Positions 51,253 through 59,993 of a DNA stretch of 64,000 nucleotides are shown here, piece by piece (position 1 is the first letter of the stretch; each line of letters begins with the position of its first letter). A program made the translations under genes and the position numbers. The stretch is from the NCBI GenBank assembly GCA_965237525.1, contig CBDEFO010000008.1, forward strand, positions 1,966,146 through 2,030,145. The letters are read 5' to 3'. This DNA comes from Candidatus Latescibacterota bacterium (GTDB lineage Bacteria; Latescibacterota; CBDEFO01). Below the pieces are notes generated by a model. It saw nothing but the letters and a program-made list of their open reading frames with translations. It was not told the origin of the DNA and searched no databases.

Positions 51253-51690
51253 CTAAGGCCAAATAAATCGGATCACGTGACCAACCACCTTTACAACCGG
51301 ATCCCCAATCTTCTTAAGCACCTTCGCAGACTTCACAAATGAAACGAAGCCGTAGATCACTACAGCGAAAACTATTGGGGCAGCTATTACTCCTGCCGTC
51401 TTCGCCTTATGCACCTTCACTACCTGTATGGACTGGATTTCCTCCCAGACCAAGGTGGATTGTGTCTCATCATTTCCACGAGAGTTAATAACGAGGGCCT
51501 CATCGGTAAGATGGGAAATGTCTCCTGAGACGATAGAACTGTCATTAAGTGTAACTATAACCCGATCTCCGCTTTGGGTAGAGTCAGGAAAGGGCCGAGA
51601 AAGAGCCACGCGATGGGTGCATCCTAAGATAAGCAGACTTACGATTGTCAGGGGAGTGACTACAAGCGTCAACTTCTTGAAATACATCAT
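51253..51690 (-). CDS. Hypothetical lipoprotein with C-terminal TM
   Basis: Lipobox LILGC; Sm/SH3-like core; C-terminal hydrophobic helix. Confidence 0.6.
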   Translation of the reverse strand: MMYFKKLTLVVTPLTIVSLLILGCTHRVALSRPFPDSTQSGDRVIVTLNDSSIVSGDISHLTDEALVINSRGNDETQSTLVWEEIQSIQVVKVHKAKTAGVIAAPIVFAVVIYGFVSFVKSAKVLKKIGDPVVKVVGHVIRFIWP

Positions 51691-51842
51691 GCAGTATCAT
51701 ACTCCTTTCAGGCTTATCTCATTAACACGGTCCTTCTGCGTAAATCCACTTTCTCCAGTCACTCCACTACGGTCTGTAAGTCCGGTGTCTGTGATGTCAT
51801 GGATGATTCCTCCGTTAGTTAGCTCTCTTACTGAAAAGGAGC

Positions 51843-52751
51843 CTATGAGGCCTGAAAGAGGACTTCTCTCTTAGTTGGAAAAAAGGTTGACTTGATACGG
51901 CCCCAGGTGTCAGATTCAACTACATCAACATGGATATTCGGATCACGAGCAAGCAGGATGTAGTCAGTAAACGTATCGGCATCGACGTTGGTCGCTGCGG
52001 CGTGACTGTTCGTCCACCAGCCTCCGTCGTACCCAAGATCATCTGGATCGTCACTGTCCTTAACGGCAAAGCCTATTCCGATGATTTCTCCCGCTTTCAG
52101 GGTGTGTACTACGCTCTGATCGATACCTTCAGGATTCAGATCGTCAAACGGAGTGATGGCTATTTCTACAGTCTGGACACCTTCCCCACCTACGGTACCA
52201 ACAAAACTCCAGCCGATCTCGGCATAAGGAGGCTTATCTACCCACGTGGCCGATCCCCAATGCCAGAGCGGATCCGCTCTGTTCAGATAATAGCGATAGC
52301 TCTGAGCATGAGATCCCTGCCACCTGTCCGGATCCCTGTCCTGTGGAGGCATGCCCATGTACTGCCCTCCGCTGTGGTCAGCATCGATGGCAAATTCGAT
52401 GTTTTCCTCACGGTCGTCAGCAGTTAACCGTGCATTAGAGTGGTCGTCAAATCTCTCCTCCCAAAAATAGATCATGTTGGTCACCGGGCTCCATCCTATG
52501 GCTACCTTAAAGGCGAGGCTGGCAGGGTTCGGATTATCAAACCCCCCTTTGACGCTCTCTTTCACTTCATCTTGCGTTAAATAGTACTGTCGAGGAAGCA
52601 ATTGCCACTCGGACCCATCGCCGTCCACTTCAATATCGTCGGGAACCCTGGGAGCGACAAAGGTCTCATCTAACCTTAGGTGAGCAGAACTCGTGCCGAC
52701 GGTAAGAAGGACAAACCCCAGCGCCGTAAATACGGCAAATAGTGTTCTCAT
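51843..52751 (-). CDS. CBM9-like secreted protein, array member A (C-terminal +1 slip extends the tail)
   Basis: Signal peptide; VDGDGSEW, IGWSP, IDADHSGG, DTWGRIKSTF. Confidence 0.75.
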   Translation of the reverse strand: MRTLFAVFTALGFVLLTVGTSSAHLRLDETFVAPRVPDDIEVDGDGSEWQLLPRQYYLTQDEVKESVKGGFDNPNPASLAFKVAIGWSPVTNMIYFWEERFDDHSNARLTADDREENIEFAIDADHSGGQYMGMPPQDRDPDRWQGSHAQSYRYYLNRADPLWHWGSATWVDKPPYAEIGWSFVGTVGGEGVQTVEIAITPFDDLNPEGIDQSVVHTLKAGEIIGIGFAVKDSDDPDDLGYDGGWWTNSHAAATNVDADTFTDYILLARDPNIHVDVVESDTWGRIKSTFFPTKREVLFQAS

Positions 52752-52767
52752 CGTGATATCCTTTCGC

Positions 52768-53649
52768 TCAGTTCGAGAACGTTGACTTGATGCGGCCCCA
52801 TGTGTCAGCCTCAACTGCTGTGCTGAGCACCCAGATCTCCGGCTCAAAATCAAGAAGGATGTATTCATTATACGAATCCGCACAGCAGTCGGCAGTGGCC
52901 CAACTGCTAGACCACCAGCCTCCGTCGTATCTTATTAAATCATCGGGATTGTCACTGTCCTTAACGGCAAAGACGAGTCCTATGATCTCTCCCGCTGCAA
53001 GGGTGTGTACTACGCTCTGATCTATACCCTCAGAATTCAGGTCGTCAAACGGAGTGACGGCTATCTCTACAGTCTGGAGGCCTTCCCCACCTACGGTGCC
53101 GTGAAAACTCCAGCCGATGTCGGCATAAGGAGGCTTATCTGCCCACGTGGCCGATCCCCAATGCCAGAGCGGATCCTCTCTGTTCAGATAATAGCGATAG
53201 TTCTGAGCTAGATGTCCGTCCCACCTGGCCGGATCAACGTCTGTATCATGGAACATGAACCGTCCACCGCTGTGGTCAGCATCGATGCCAAATTCGAGGT
53301 GTTCATTACGGTCGTCAGCAGTTAACCGTGCATTAGAGTGGTCGTCAAATCTCTCCTCGAATATATAGATCATGTTGGTCACCGGGCTCCATCCTATGAC
53401 AACTTTCACAGCGAGGCTGGAGGGGTTCGGATTATCAAAACCCCCTTTGACAGTCTCTTTCAGATCATCGTGGGTTAAGTAGTACTGTCGAGGAAGCAAT
53501 TGCCACTCGGAGCCATCACCGTCCACTTCAATATCGTCGGGAACCCTGGGAGCGACAAAGGTCTCATCTAACCTCAGGTGAGCGGAACTCGTACCAACGG
53601 TAAGAAACACAAATCCCATCAATGTGAATATCGCAAATAGTGTTTTCAT
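52768..53649 (-). CDS. CBM9-like secreted protein, array member B
   Basis: Same motifs; ends AVEADTWGRIKSTFSN. Confidence 0.78.
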   Translation of the reverse strand: MKTLFAIFTLMGFVFLTVGTSSAHLRLDETFVAPRVPDDIEVDGDGSEWQLLPRQYYLTHDDLKETVKGGFDNPNPSSLAVKVVIGWSPVTNMIYIFEERFDDHSNARLTADDRNEHLEFGIDADHSGGRFMFHDTDVDPARWDGHLAQNYRYYLNREDPLWHWGSATWADKPPYADIGWSFHGTVGGEGLQTVEIAVTPFDDLNSEGIDQSVVHTLAAGEIIGLVFAVKDSDNPDDLIRYDGGWWSSSWATADCCADSYNEYILLDFEPEIWVLSTAVEADTWGRIKSTFSN

Positions 53650-53665
53650 CGTGATATCCTTTAGT

Positions 53666-54605
53666 TCAGTTGGAGAAGGTTGACTTAATGCGGCCCCAGG
53701 TGTCAGGGGCAACTGCTGTTCCATCCAATGTCACCCATTGTTCCGGATCGAAAGGAAGCAGGGTGAAGTCATTGAAGAAATCCGCACGTCCGTAAAGCCC
53801 TGTGTTGCCGCCGTTGCTCAAGTAGCTGCCCACCATCGGGAACCATGCCACAGCAGTCGTCACCAAGTGCGTCAGCGTCCTCAACAGCAAAGCCTAATCC
53901 TATGATGGAACCCTCTTGCAGGGTGTGTAATATGCTCTGATCGATACCCGCAAAATTCAGATCGTCAAACGATGTCACGCCCATTTCCACAATCAGGTTG
54001 CCCGAGTCACCTAGGTCGCCGTCAAAGGTCCAGCCGATCTCGGCATACGGAGCCACATTTACCCACGTCGCCGCTCCCCACAACCAGACCGGATCCTCTC
54101 GGATCAGAAAATAGCGATAATCCTGTGCAAAAGCTCCGTCATACCTGTCCACACCGCCGTGGTACCGTCCTCCACTGTGGTCAGCATCTATACCAAGCAG
54201 TCCTCCACTGTGGTCAGCATCTATACCAAGCAGTACCGTCTCCCGAGGGAAATCTTTTGCCCAACCGACATAGACATCGTCAAATCTATCCTCAAACCAG
54301 TAAACCTTGTTGGTTATCGGACTCCATCCTATGATTACCCTCACGGCGAGGTCAGCGGGGTTCACCCCGTGATCAAAAATGTCCTCTACCAGCTCGTCGT
54401 GCGTTATCCAGAACTCCGGGTCGACATTAGCCCACTCGATGGGGTCACCGTCATGCACAATTGTCATGATATTAGAGGGCATCCCCGGGGTCCCTTCTAT
54501 AGGCACCTAGACAGCGAAATAGTCCGGGCCTATGTGCGCAGAACTCAACGAAGCGGCGAACACGACAAATCCTAGCGCTATGAATATCCCCAATATTTGT
54601 TTCCC
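53666..54605 (-). pseudogene. CBM9-like array member C (lost start codon, TAG at 54507, frameshift near 53850, 33-bp duplication)
   Basis: ORF pieces 54507.., 53769..54506 and 53666..53890 tile one gene. Confidence 0.8.
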
Positions 54606-54621
54606 CGTTATATCCTTTACT

Positions 54622-55629
54622 TCAGTTCGAGAAAGTAGACTTGATGCGGCCCCAGCTGTCAGCCTCAACTGCTGTGCCGGGCACCCAGATACTCGAATCA
54701 AAATCAAGCAGGATGTAATCATTAAACACATCCGCATAGTGTTCGGCGGTGGCCCAACTGCTAGACCACCAGCCTCCGTCGTAGCCAGTATCATCCGGAT
54801 TGTCACTGTCCTTAACGGCAAAGACGAGTCCTATGATCTCTCCCGCTGCAAGGGTGTGTACTACGCTCTGATCTATACCCTCAGAATTCAGGTCGTCAAA
54901 CGGAGTGACAGCTATTTCTACAGTCTGGACGCCTTCCCCACCTACTTCGCCATCAAAACTCCAGCCGATGAAGCCATAAGGAGGCTTAACTGCCCACGTG
55001 GCCGATCCCCAATGCCAGAGCGGATCCTCTCTGTTCAGATAATAGCGATAGTTCTGAGCTTGAGATCCGTCCCACCTGTTCGGATCTATGTCCTCTGAAT
55101 AGAGGTTCATGTACGCGCCGCCGCTGTGGTCAGCATCGATGCCAAATTCGAGGTTTTCCTGACGGTCGTTAGCAGTTAAGCGGGCATTAGAGTGGTCGTC
55201 TGCCTGTGAACCCATGACCATGTACCATCCTCCGCTATGGTCAGCATCGATGCTAAATTCGAGGTTTTCCTGACGGTCGTCAACAGTTAAGCGGGCATTA
55301 GAGTGGTCGTCAAATCTCTCCTCCAAAAAATAGATCATGTTGGTCACCGGACTCCATCCTATGACAACTTTCACGGCGAGGCTGGCGGGGTTTGGATCCC
55401 CAAGCCGTTTCACAGTCTCTTTCAGATCATCGTGCGTTAAATAGTACTGTCGAGGAAGGAATTGCCACTCGGACCCATCACCGTTCAATACAACATCCTG
55501 GAACCCAGGGACACCGATGGGAACCATGGGAGCGACAAAGGTCTCATCTAACCTGAGGTGAGCCGACCCCATTGAAACGGTAAAAAGGACGAATCCCAGT
55601 GCTATGAATATCGAAAATAGTGTTTTCAT
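54622..55629 (-). CDS. CBM9-like array member D with in-frame internal duplication (111-bp period)
   Basis: DDHSNARLT...IDADHSGG occurs twice; ends DSWGRIKSTFSN. Confidence 0.78.
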   Translation of the reverse strand: MKTLFSIFIALGFVLFTVSMGSAHLRLDETFVAPMVPIGVPGFQDVVLNGDGSEWQFLPRQYYLTHDDLKETVKRLGDPNPASLAVKVVIGWSPVTNMIYFLEERFDDHSNARLTVDDRQENLEFSIDADHSGGWYMVMGSQADDHSNARLTANDRQENLEFGIDADHSGGAYMNLYSEDIDPNRWDGSQAQNYRYYLNREDPLWHWGSATWAVKPPYGFIGWSFDGEVGGEGVQTVEIAVTPFDDLNSEGIDQSVVHTLAAGEIIGLVFAVKDSDNPDDTGYDGGWWSSSWATAEHYADVFNDYILLDFDSSIWVPGTAVEADSWGRIKSTFSN

Positions 55630-55645
55630 CGTGATATCCTTTCGC

Positions 55646-55921
55646 TCAGTTGGAGAAGGTTGACTTGATGCGGCCCCAGGTGTCGGGCGCAACAACAGTA
55701 GCACACCAATTAACATCAAAAGTAGGGTAAAATCCTCCATTTAACTCCATCCGATCCGGCACTAGCAAGGAGCCACTTCCCAAAGAGGGAGCTAGGAAGA
55801 AATCAACCATTGCGTCTGCGTTGAAGCTGAGATCTGAGTCACCACTGTTCAACCACCAGCCTCCGTAGTACCCAAGATCATCTGGATCGTCACTGTCCTT
55901 AACGGCAAAGCCGACTCCGAA
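55646..55921 (-). pseudogene. CBM9-like array member E, 3' fragment
   Basis: GFAVKDSDDPDDLGY.GGWW...DTWGRIKSTFSN. Confidence 0.8.
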
Positions 55922-55935
55922 TTTCACCTAAGTTC

Positions 55936-57261
55936 TCACGGATCAAAAACCGCTTCAAGAATCGATTCAGCTATGCCGCCCAGGCTCATCACCCAACCAG
56001 CAGGGGCATCAGATACTTCGGAATAAATGTAAACACCAAATAGCGCAAGCAGTACTATCACTACAACGTCATATAACACCACCTTTGCTGATATGAATCT
56101 ACCTTTCCACGTTCTCACAGCCGCTTTATGGCCTACCTCATACCTGTCGATTCCGTACTGGATGCCCATATACACTATAACCACAGCAGCAATCACAATG
56201 GGGATGATCCAATACATCTTAACCACTTCAGCTATGCCGGCCAGGATCAACACCCAACCAGGAGGGCCATCAGATACTGAGGTTGCTCTACCAAGTTCAG
56301 ATAATGAGATTGCTATAATAAGGTCGGTGTGAGCTATGGCATCGTCAGGGTCGATCCTTATGGCCTCTTTGTATTCGGCTTTCGCCTCATCTAACAGACC
56401 CTTCTGAGCGTAAGCAACCCCAAGGTTGGCGTGAGCATTGGAATCATCGGGATCGATCCTTATGGCATCCTTGTATTCAGCTATCGCCTCATCTAACAGA
56501 ATCTCCTCTTTGTATTCAGCTATAGCCTCGGTTGCTAGACTAAGGTAGACGTGAGCTATGTGAACGTCAGGGTCGATCCTTATGGCCTCTTTGTATTCGG
56601 CTATCGCCTCCTCAAGCATACCCTTCTGATCGTAAGCACGCCCAAGGTTGGTGTGGGCATTGGAATCATCGGGATCGATCCTTATGGCATCCTTGTATTC
56701 AGCTATCGCCTCATCTAACAGAATCTCCTCTTTGTATTCGGCTATAGCCTCCTCAAGGTTGGTGTGAGCATTGGAATCATCGGGATCGATCCTTATGGCC
56801 TCTTTGTATTCGGCTATAGCCTCCTCTAACAGACCCTTCTGATCGTAAGCACGCCCAAGGTTGGTGTGGGCATTGGAATCATTGGGGTCGATCCTTATGG
56901 CATCCTTGTATTCGGCTATAGCCTCCTCTAACAGACCCTTCTGAGCGTAAGCACGCCCAAGGTTGGTGTGGGCATTGGAATCATCGGGATCGATCCTTAT
57001 GGCATCCTTGTATTCAGCTATCGCCTCATCTAACAGACCCTTCTGAGCGTAAGCAACCCCAAGTCTATTGTGAGCCCAAGCATGATCAGGGTCGATCCTT
57101 ATGGTCTCCTGCCATTCCCTGATCGCTCCCTCCATATACCCATTCTTATACAAGGCGAGGCCGAGGCCGAAGCGATAAATGCTTATGATCTCTTTACGAT
57201 TCAGAATTACCAGTAAGCCCACAATCAGCATCCCCAGCATACCTAACTTAATTAGTCTCAT
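55936..57261 (-). CDS. Membrane-anchored TPR-repeat protein with near-identical 102-bp repeats and C-terminal TM helices
   Basis: Repeated AHTNLGRAY.QKGLLEEAIAEYK.AIRIDPDD. Confidence 0.88.
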   Translation of the reverse strand: MRLIKLGMLGMLIVGLLVILNRKEIISIYRFGLGLALYKNGYMEGAIREWQETIRIDPDHAWAHNRLGVAYAQKGLLDEAIAEYKDAIRIDPDDSNAHTNLGRAYAQKGLLEEAIAEYKDAIRIDPNDSNAHTNLGRAYDQKGLLEEAIAEYKEAIRIDPDDSNAHTNLEEAIAEYKEEILLDEAIAEYKDAIRIDPDDSNAHTNLGRAYDQKGMLEEAIAEYKEAIRIDPDVHIAHVYLSLATEAIAEYKEEILLDEAIAEYKDAIRIDPDDSNAHANLGVAYAQKGLLDEAKAEYKEAIRIDPDDAIAHTDLIIAISLSELGRATSVSDGPPGWVLILAGIAEVVKMYWIIPIVIAAVVIVYMGIQYGIDRYEVGHKAAVRTWKGRFISAKVVLYDVVVIVLLALFGVYIYSEVSDAPAGWVMSLGGIAESILEAVFDP

Positions 57262-57292
57262 GATCAATCTCCCTTCTTACTGCTGTTATCGG

Positions 57293-57367
57293 CAGATGAG
57301 CAGAAATCGTACCGACGGTAAGAAGCACAAATCCCAGTGCTATGGATGCCGCGATTAGTGTTTTCAT
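57293..57367 (-). pseudogene. CBM9-like array member E, 5' fragment (signal peptide only)
   Basis: GCGAAAGGATAAAACG-ATG; MKTLIAASIALGFVLLTVGTISAHL. Confidence 0.75.
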
Positions 57368-57413
57368 CGTTTTATCCTTTCGCTGACAGGCTTCAGAACC
57401 GTTACGTCAGGGG

Positions 57414-59060
57414 CTACTGTCCTTTCTTCAGCCACTCGCGGACGATCTGCTTTTGTATCTTCCCCACGGAGGTGCGAGGCAGCGCGTCTATGAACTCCAC
57501 TCTGCCGGGCACTTTGAAGGGTGAGAGGCGCTCTGCGCAGTGGGCCTGAACTATCTCGGCGGTCAGGTCGGCTTCGGGCTTGGCGACTATCACCGCCGCA
57601 ACGGTTTCGTCGCGGATCGTATCTGGCATGCTGACGACGCAGACATCCAGCACGCCGGGACAGTCTGCAATCACAGCTTCCACTTCCACGCTGGAGACAT
57701 TCTGCCCCGCTCGCTTGATCAGGTCTTTGCCGCGATCTACAAAGTAGAGGAAGCCGTCTTCGTCTGCATAGGCCGTGTCGCCCGAATATAGCCAGGTCCC
57801 ATCGTCCATCTTGCGGAGCGTCTCCCCAGTCGCCTGCGGGTTCTTGAGATAGCCGAGCATGACGGAGCGTCCCGGCGTCCCGCGCACTGTCAGTTGGCCC
57901 TGCTGGCCCGGCGCAACCTCTTGTCCATCGTCATCTACGAGCTTTATCTCATAGCCCAATACAGGGCGCCCCATCGCCAGCAGATTCCGTTTCCCTGAGA
58001 GTGGACTCATAATCGGGAGGCCGCATGTCTCGGTCATCCCCCAGATTTGCTGGAGGGGGCAGGAGAATCTGCTGTGCCACTGGTCGTACTGCTCGGCCGT
58101 AAGATTCTGCGCAAAGGTCAGATTCCTGAGGGAATGGGCGTTGTCCGCGGGGCGTTCGGGCTGATTCAGGAGCATCCTTAAGGGCGCGCCGAAGAGCGCC
58201 GCCAGCGTGCATTCGTACTCTTTTGCCTGCTCGAAGAAGCGGCTGGCGCTGAACCGGGGCATCACCGCGACGCTTGCGCCTGCTATCAGCGACGGCCAGA
58301 GGGCGTGACAGTGGGCGCCGCCGTGGAAGAAGGGGAGTGTGATCAGATGGCGGTCTTCCCCCCGAATGCCTGACCCCGCTCGAAAGACCTCCGCCCCATA
58401 GACCAGAGCCGCATTGGTCTGCATGACGCCTTTCGGGCGCGCAGTCGTGCCTGAGGTGTACATCAATATTACGGTCCTGTCAGGTGCGCCCTCGCCCGGC
58501 GGTGGTTCTGGGGACTGAGCCGCAAGCTGGATTTCGTAGAGGGGGTGTTCTGAATTGCTTGCCGGCTGGCTGTCTGCGTCATCAGGGTTTGAAGTGCCTA
58601 CGTTGTAGGCAGGAGTTCCTACTTTGTAGGCGTCCGCGCCCGTCTGGCAGAGCAGGACCTGACGCACTGGCAGCCCGCCTGCAACTTCCCGAACCGCGTC
58701 CAGAGATCCCGCCTCGGTAAAGATGATCTCACTTGCGGAATGTGCGACTATGTATGCCAGTTCGTCTGCGGTGGACTTTGGATTGGACGGCACGGCGATG
58801 ACGCCCAGATGCGAGGCCGCCAGGATCAGTTGAGGATAGGCCGGGTGATTGGGAAGATGCAGAACAAAGGCGTCTCCCGTACCGATCCCCAGCTTATTCA
58901 AGAGGTTGGCGGCCCGATGGATGCTCTCCAGAAACTCTGCATACGTCCAGGAGAAGACCTGACCGTCTGCGCGCTCATAGACGAGCCACTGCCGCTGCGG
59001 CTGATGCGCTGCATATGCCGCGAATATCGAATAGAGGGTCCGGTTTCCAGCAATGTCCAT
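57414..59060 (-). CDS. AMP-binding CoA ligase (CaiC crotonobetaine/carnitine-CoA ligase-like)
   Basis: YTSGTTARPKG, WGMTE, SGD, FVDRGKDLIKRAG, LPRTSVGKIQK. Confidence 0.9.
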   Translation of the reverse strand: MDIAGNRTLYSIFAAYAAHQPQRQWLVYERADGQVFSWTYAEFLESIHRAANLLNKLGIGTGDAFVLHLPNHPAYPQLILAASHLGVIAVPSNPKSTADELAYIVAHSASEIIFTEAGSLDAVREVAGGLPVRQVLLCQTGADAYKVGTPAYNVGTSNPDDADSQPASNSEHPLYEIQLAAQSPEPPPGEGAPDRTVILMYTSGTTARPKGVMQTNAALVYGAEVFRAGSGIRGEDRHLITLPFFHGGAHCHALWPSLIAGASVAVMPRFSASRFFEQAKEYECTLAALFGAPLRMLLNQPERPADNAHSLRNLTFAQNLTAEQYDQWHSRFSCPLQQIWGMTETCGLPIMSPLSGKRNLLAMGRPVLGYEIKLVDDDGQEVAPGQQGQLTVRGTPGRSVMLGYLKNPQATGETLRKMDDGTWLYSGDTAYADEDGFLYFVDRGKDLIKRAGQNVSSVEVEAVIADCPGVLDVCVVSMPDTIRDETVAAVIVAKPEADLTAEIVQAHCAERLSPFKVPGRVEFIDALPRTSVGKIQKQIVREWLKKGQ

Positions 59061-59104
59061 ATTTAGACCTCAGGCAGACAGGGTATGGCCTTTCCTCCAA
59101 GCCG

Positions 59105-59232
59105 TTATTGCGAGGGGCTTCAGCCCTCCTGGTTATTAGGAGGGGCTTCATCCCGAAGCAATCTCGGTCGTACAAGAGCGTTTGTAGGGGCTGGGTTAGC
59201 CAGCCCCTGGGGCGAGTGAACCTCGCCGCTAC
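59105..59232. repeat. GAAGCAATCTC-family repeat followed by a GTAG REP that supplies the M14 gene stop
   Basis: gttattgcgag...gaagcaatctc; gtaggggctgggttagccagccc...gctac. Confidence 0.7.
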
Positions 59233-59981
59233 GTTGTATAGTGATAATACTCCAATATCGTCTCTATTCCGGCAAGGTGGGCGTCCACCCTTGCTCTCAG
59301 AGGCAGACCTGTCGGACTTTCTAAGGCTATGGCGTGATCCGTGTGGTTTTCCCAGATATGAGAGCGCATCGAGTTATGTCGCGGGTCGTCTGGGGACATC
59401 TCCTGAGTTATCATGCCGTCCGAGGCAACTGCCTTGTCGATCACCGTATCTCTGTTGATGGGACAGATTTGTGCCACGCGCTCGACGATCCTCCGACCTA
59501 TCAGTTCTCCCGATCTCCTCTGTCCATAGAGGTAGAAGCCCACGCTATCGCAATCCCCGTGCAGGTCTATGATCACGTGAAAGCGACGGCCTGATAGTGA
59601 CTCCTTTATCATAACCGCCTCACAAGTCTCGTCAGTCTTAAAGGTGCGGTTTATGTCCACGCCGCCGCCGTTGTCACGCCTATTGTGTACGTAGCCGTAC
59701 GGGTTGTTGCAGGGGTAGATCAAAAGGTTGAAGCCATCTACAAGTTGGGTATTTCCCTTCTCCAGAAACTCAAGGACGGCCTCGACTCCCGCCGGCTCGT
59801 CTCCGTGTATGCCCGCACAGATCAGGACCGACTTTGCCTCCCTTATGGCGGATTCCAGCTTCTCCTTGGAAGCCTTCAATTCCAGCGTGAGTATCGGATA
59901 GCCGCCTGCCGTCCCGATCACCTTCCTGTGCACAGGGAGTTTGTCTATTCTGTTGAGGAGATCGTTGTAGTCTCGGAGCAT
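59229..59981 (-). CDS. M14 family metallocarboxypeptidase
   Basis: AGIHGDEPAG, NPYGY, DINRTF, IDLHGD, LESP. Confidence 0.9.
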   Translation of the reverse strand: MLRDYNDLLNRIDKLPVHRKVIGTAGGYPILTLELKASKEKLESAIREAKSVLICAGIHGDEPAGVEAVLEFLEKGNTQLVDGFNLLIYPCNNPYGYVHNRRDNGGGVDINRTFKTDETCEAVMIKESLSGRRFHVIIDLHGDCDSVGFYLYGQRRSGELIGRRIVERVAQICPINRDTVIDKAVASDGMITQEMSPDDPRHNSMRSHIWENHTDHAIALESPTGLPLRARVDAHLAGIETILEYYHYTT

Positions 59982-59993
59982 ATTGCTAAGTCA

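Noticed and set aside
20307..54509. TAG recoding (pyrrolysine or alternative genetic code)
   Set aside because: TAG aligns to Trp in one paralog and Tyr in another; intact genes use TAG as a normal stop; no pyl genes seen
51843..55921. Diversity-generating retroelement (TR/VR pair)
   Set aside because: No reverse transcriptase in the window; differences between repeats include indels and are not adenine-specific
56340..57110. CRISPR-like regular repeats
   Set aside because: These are coding 102-bp TPR units without unique spacers; the same applies to the FG-GAP repeats
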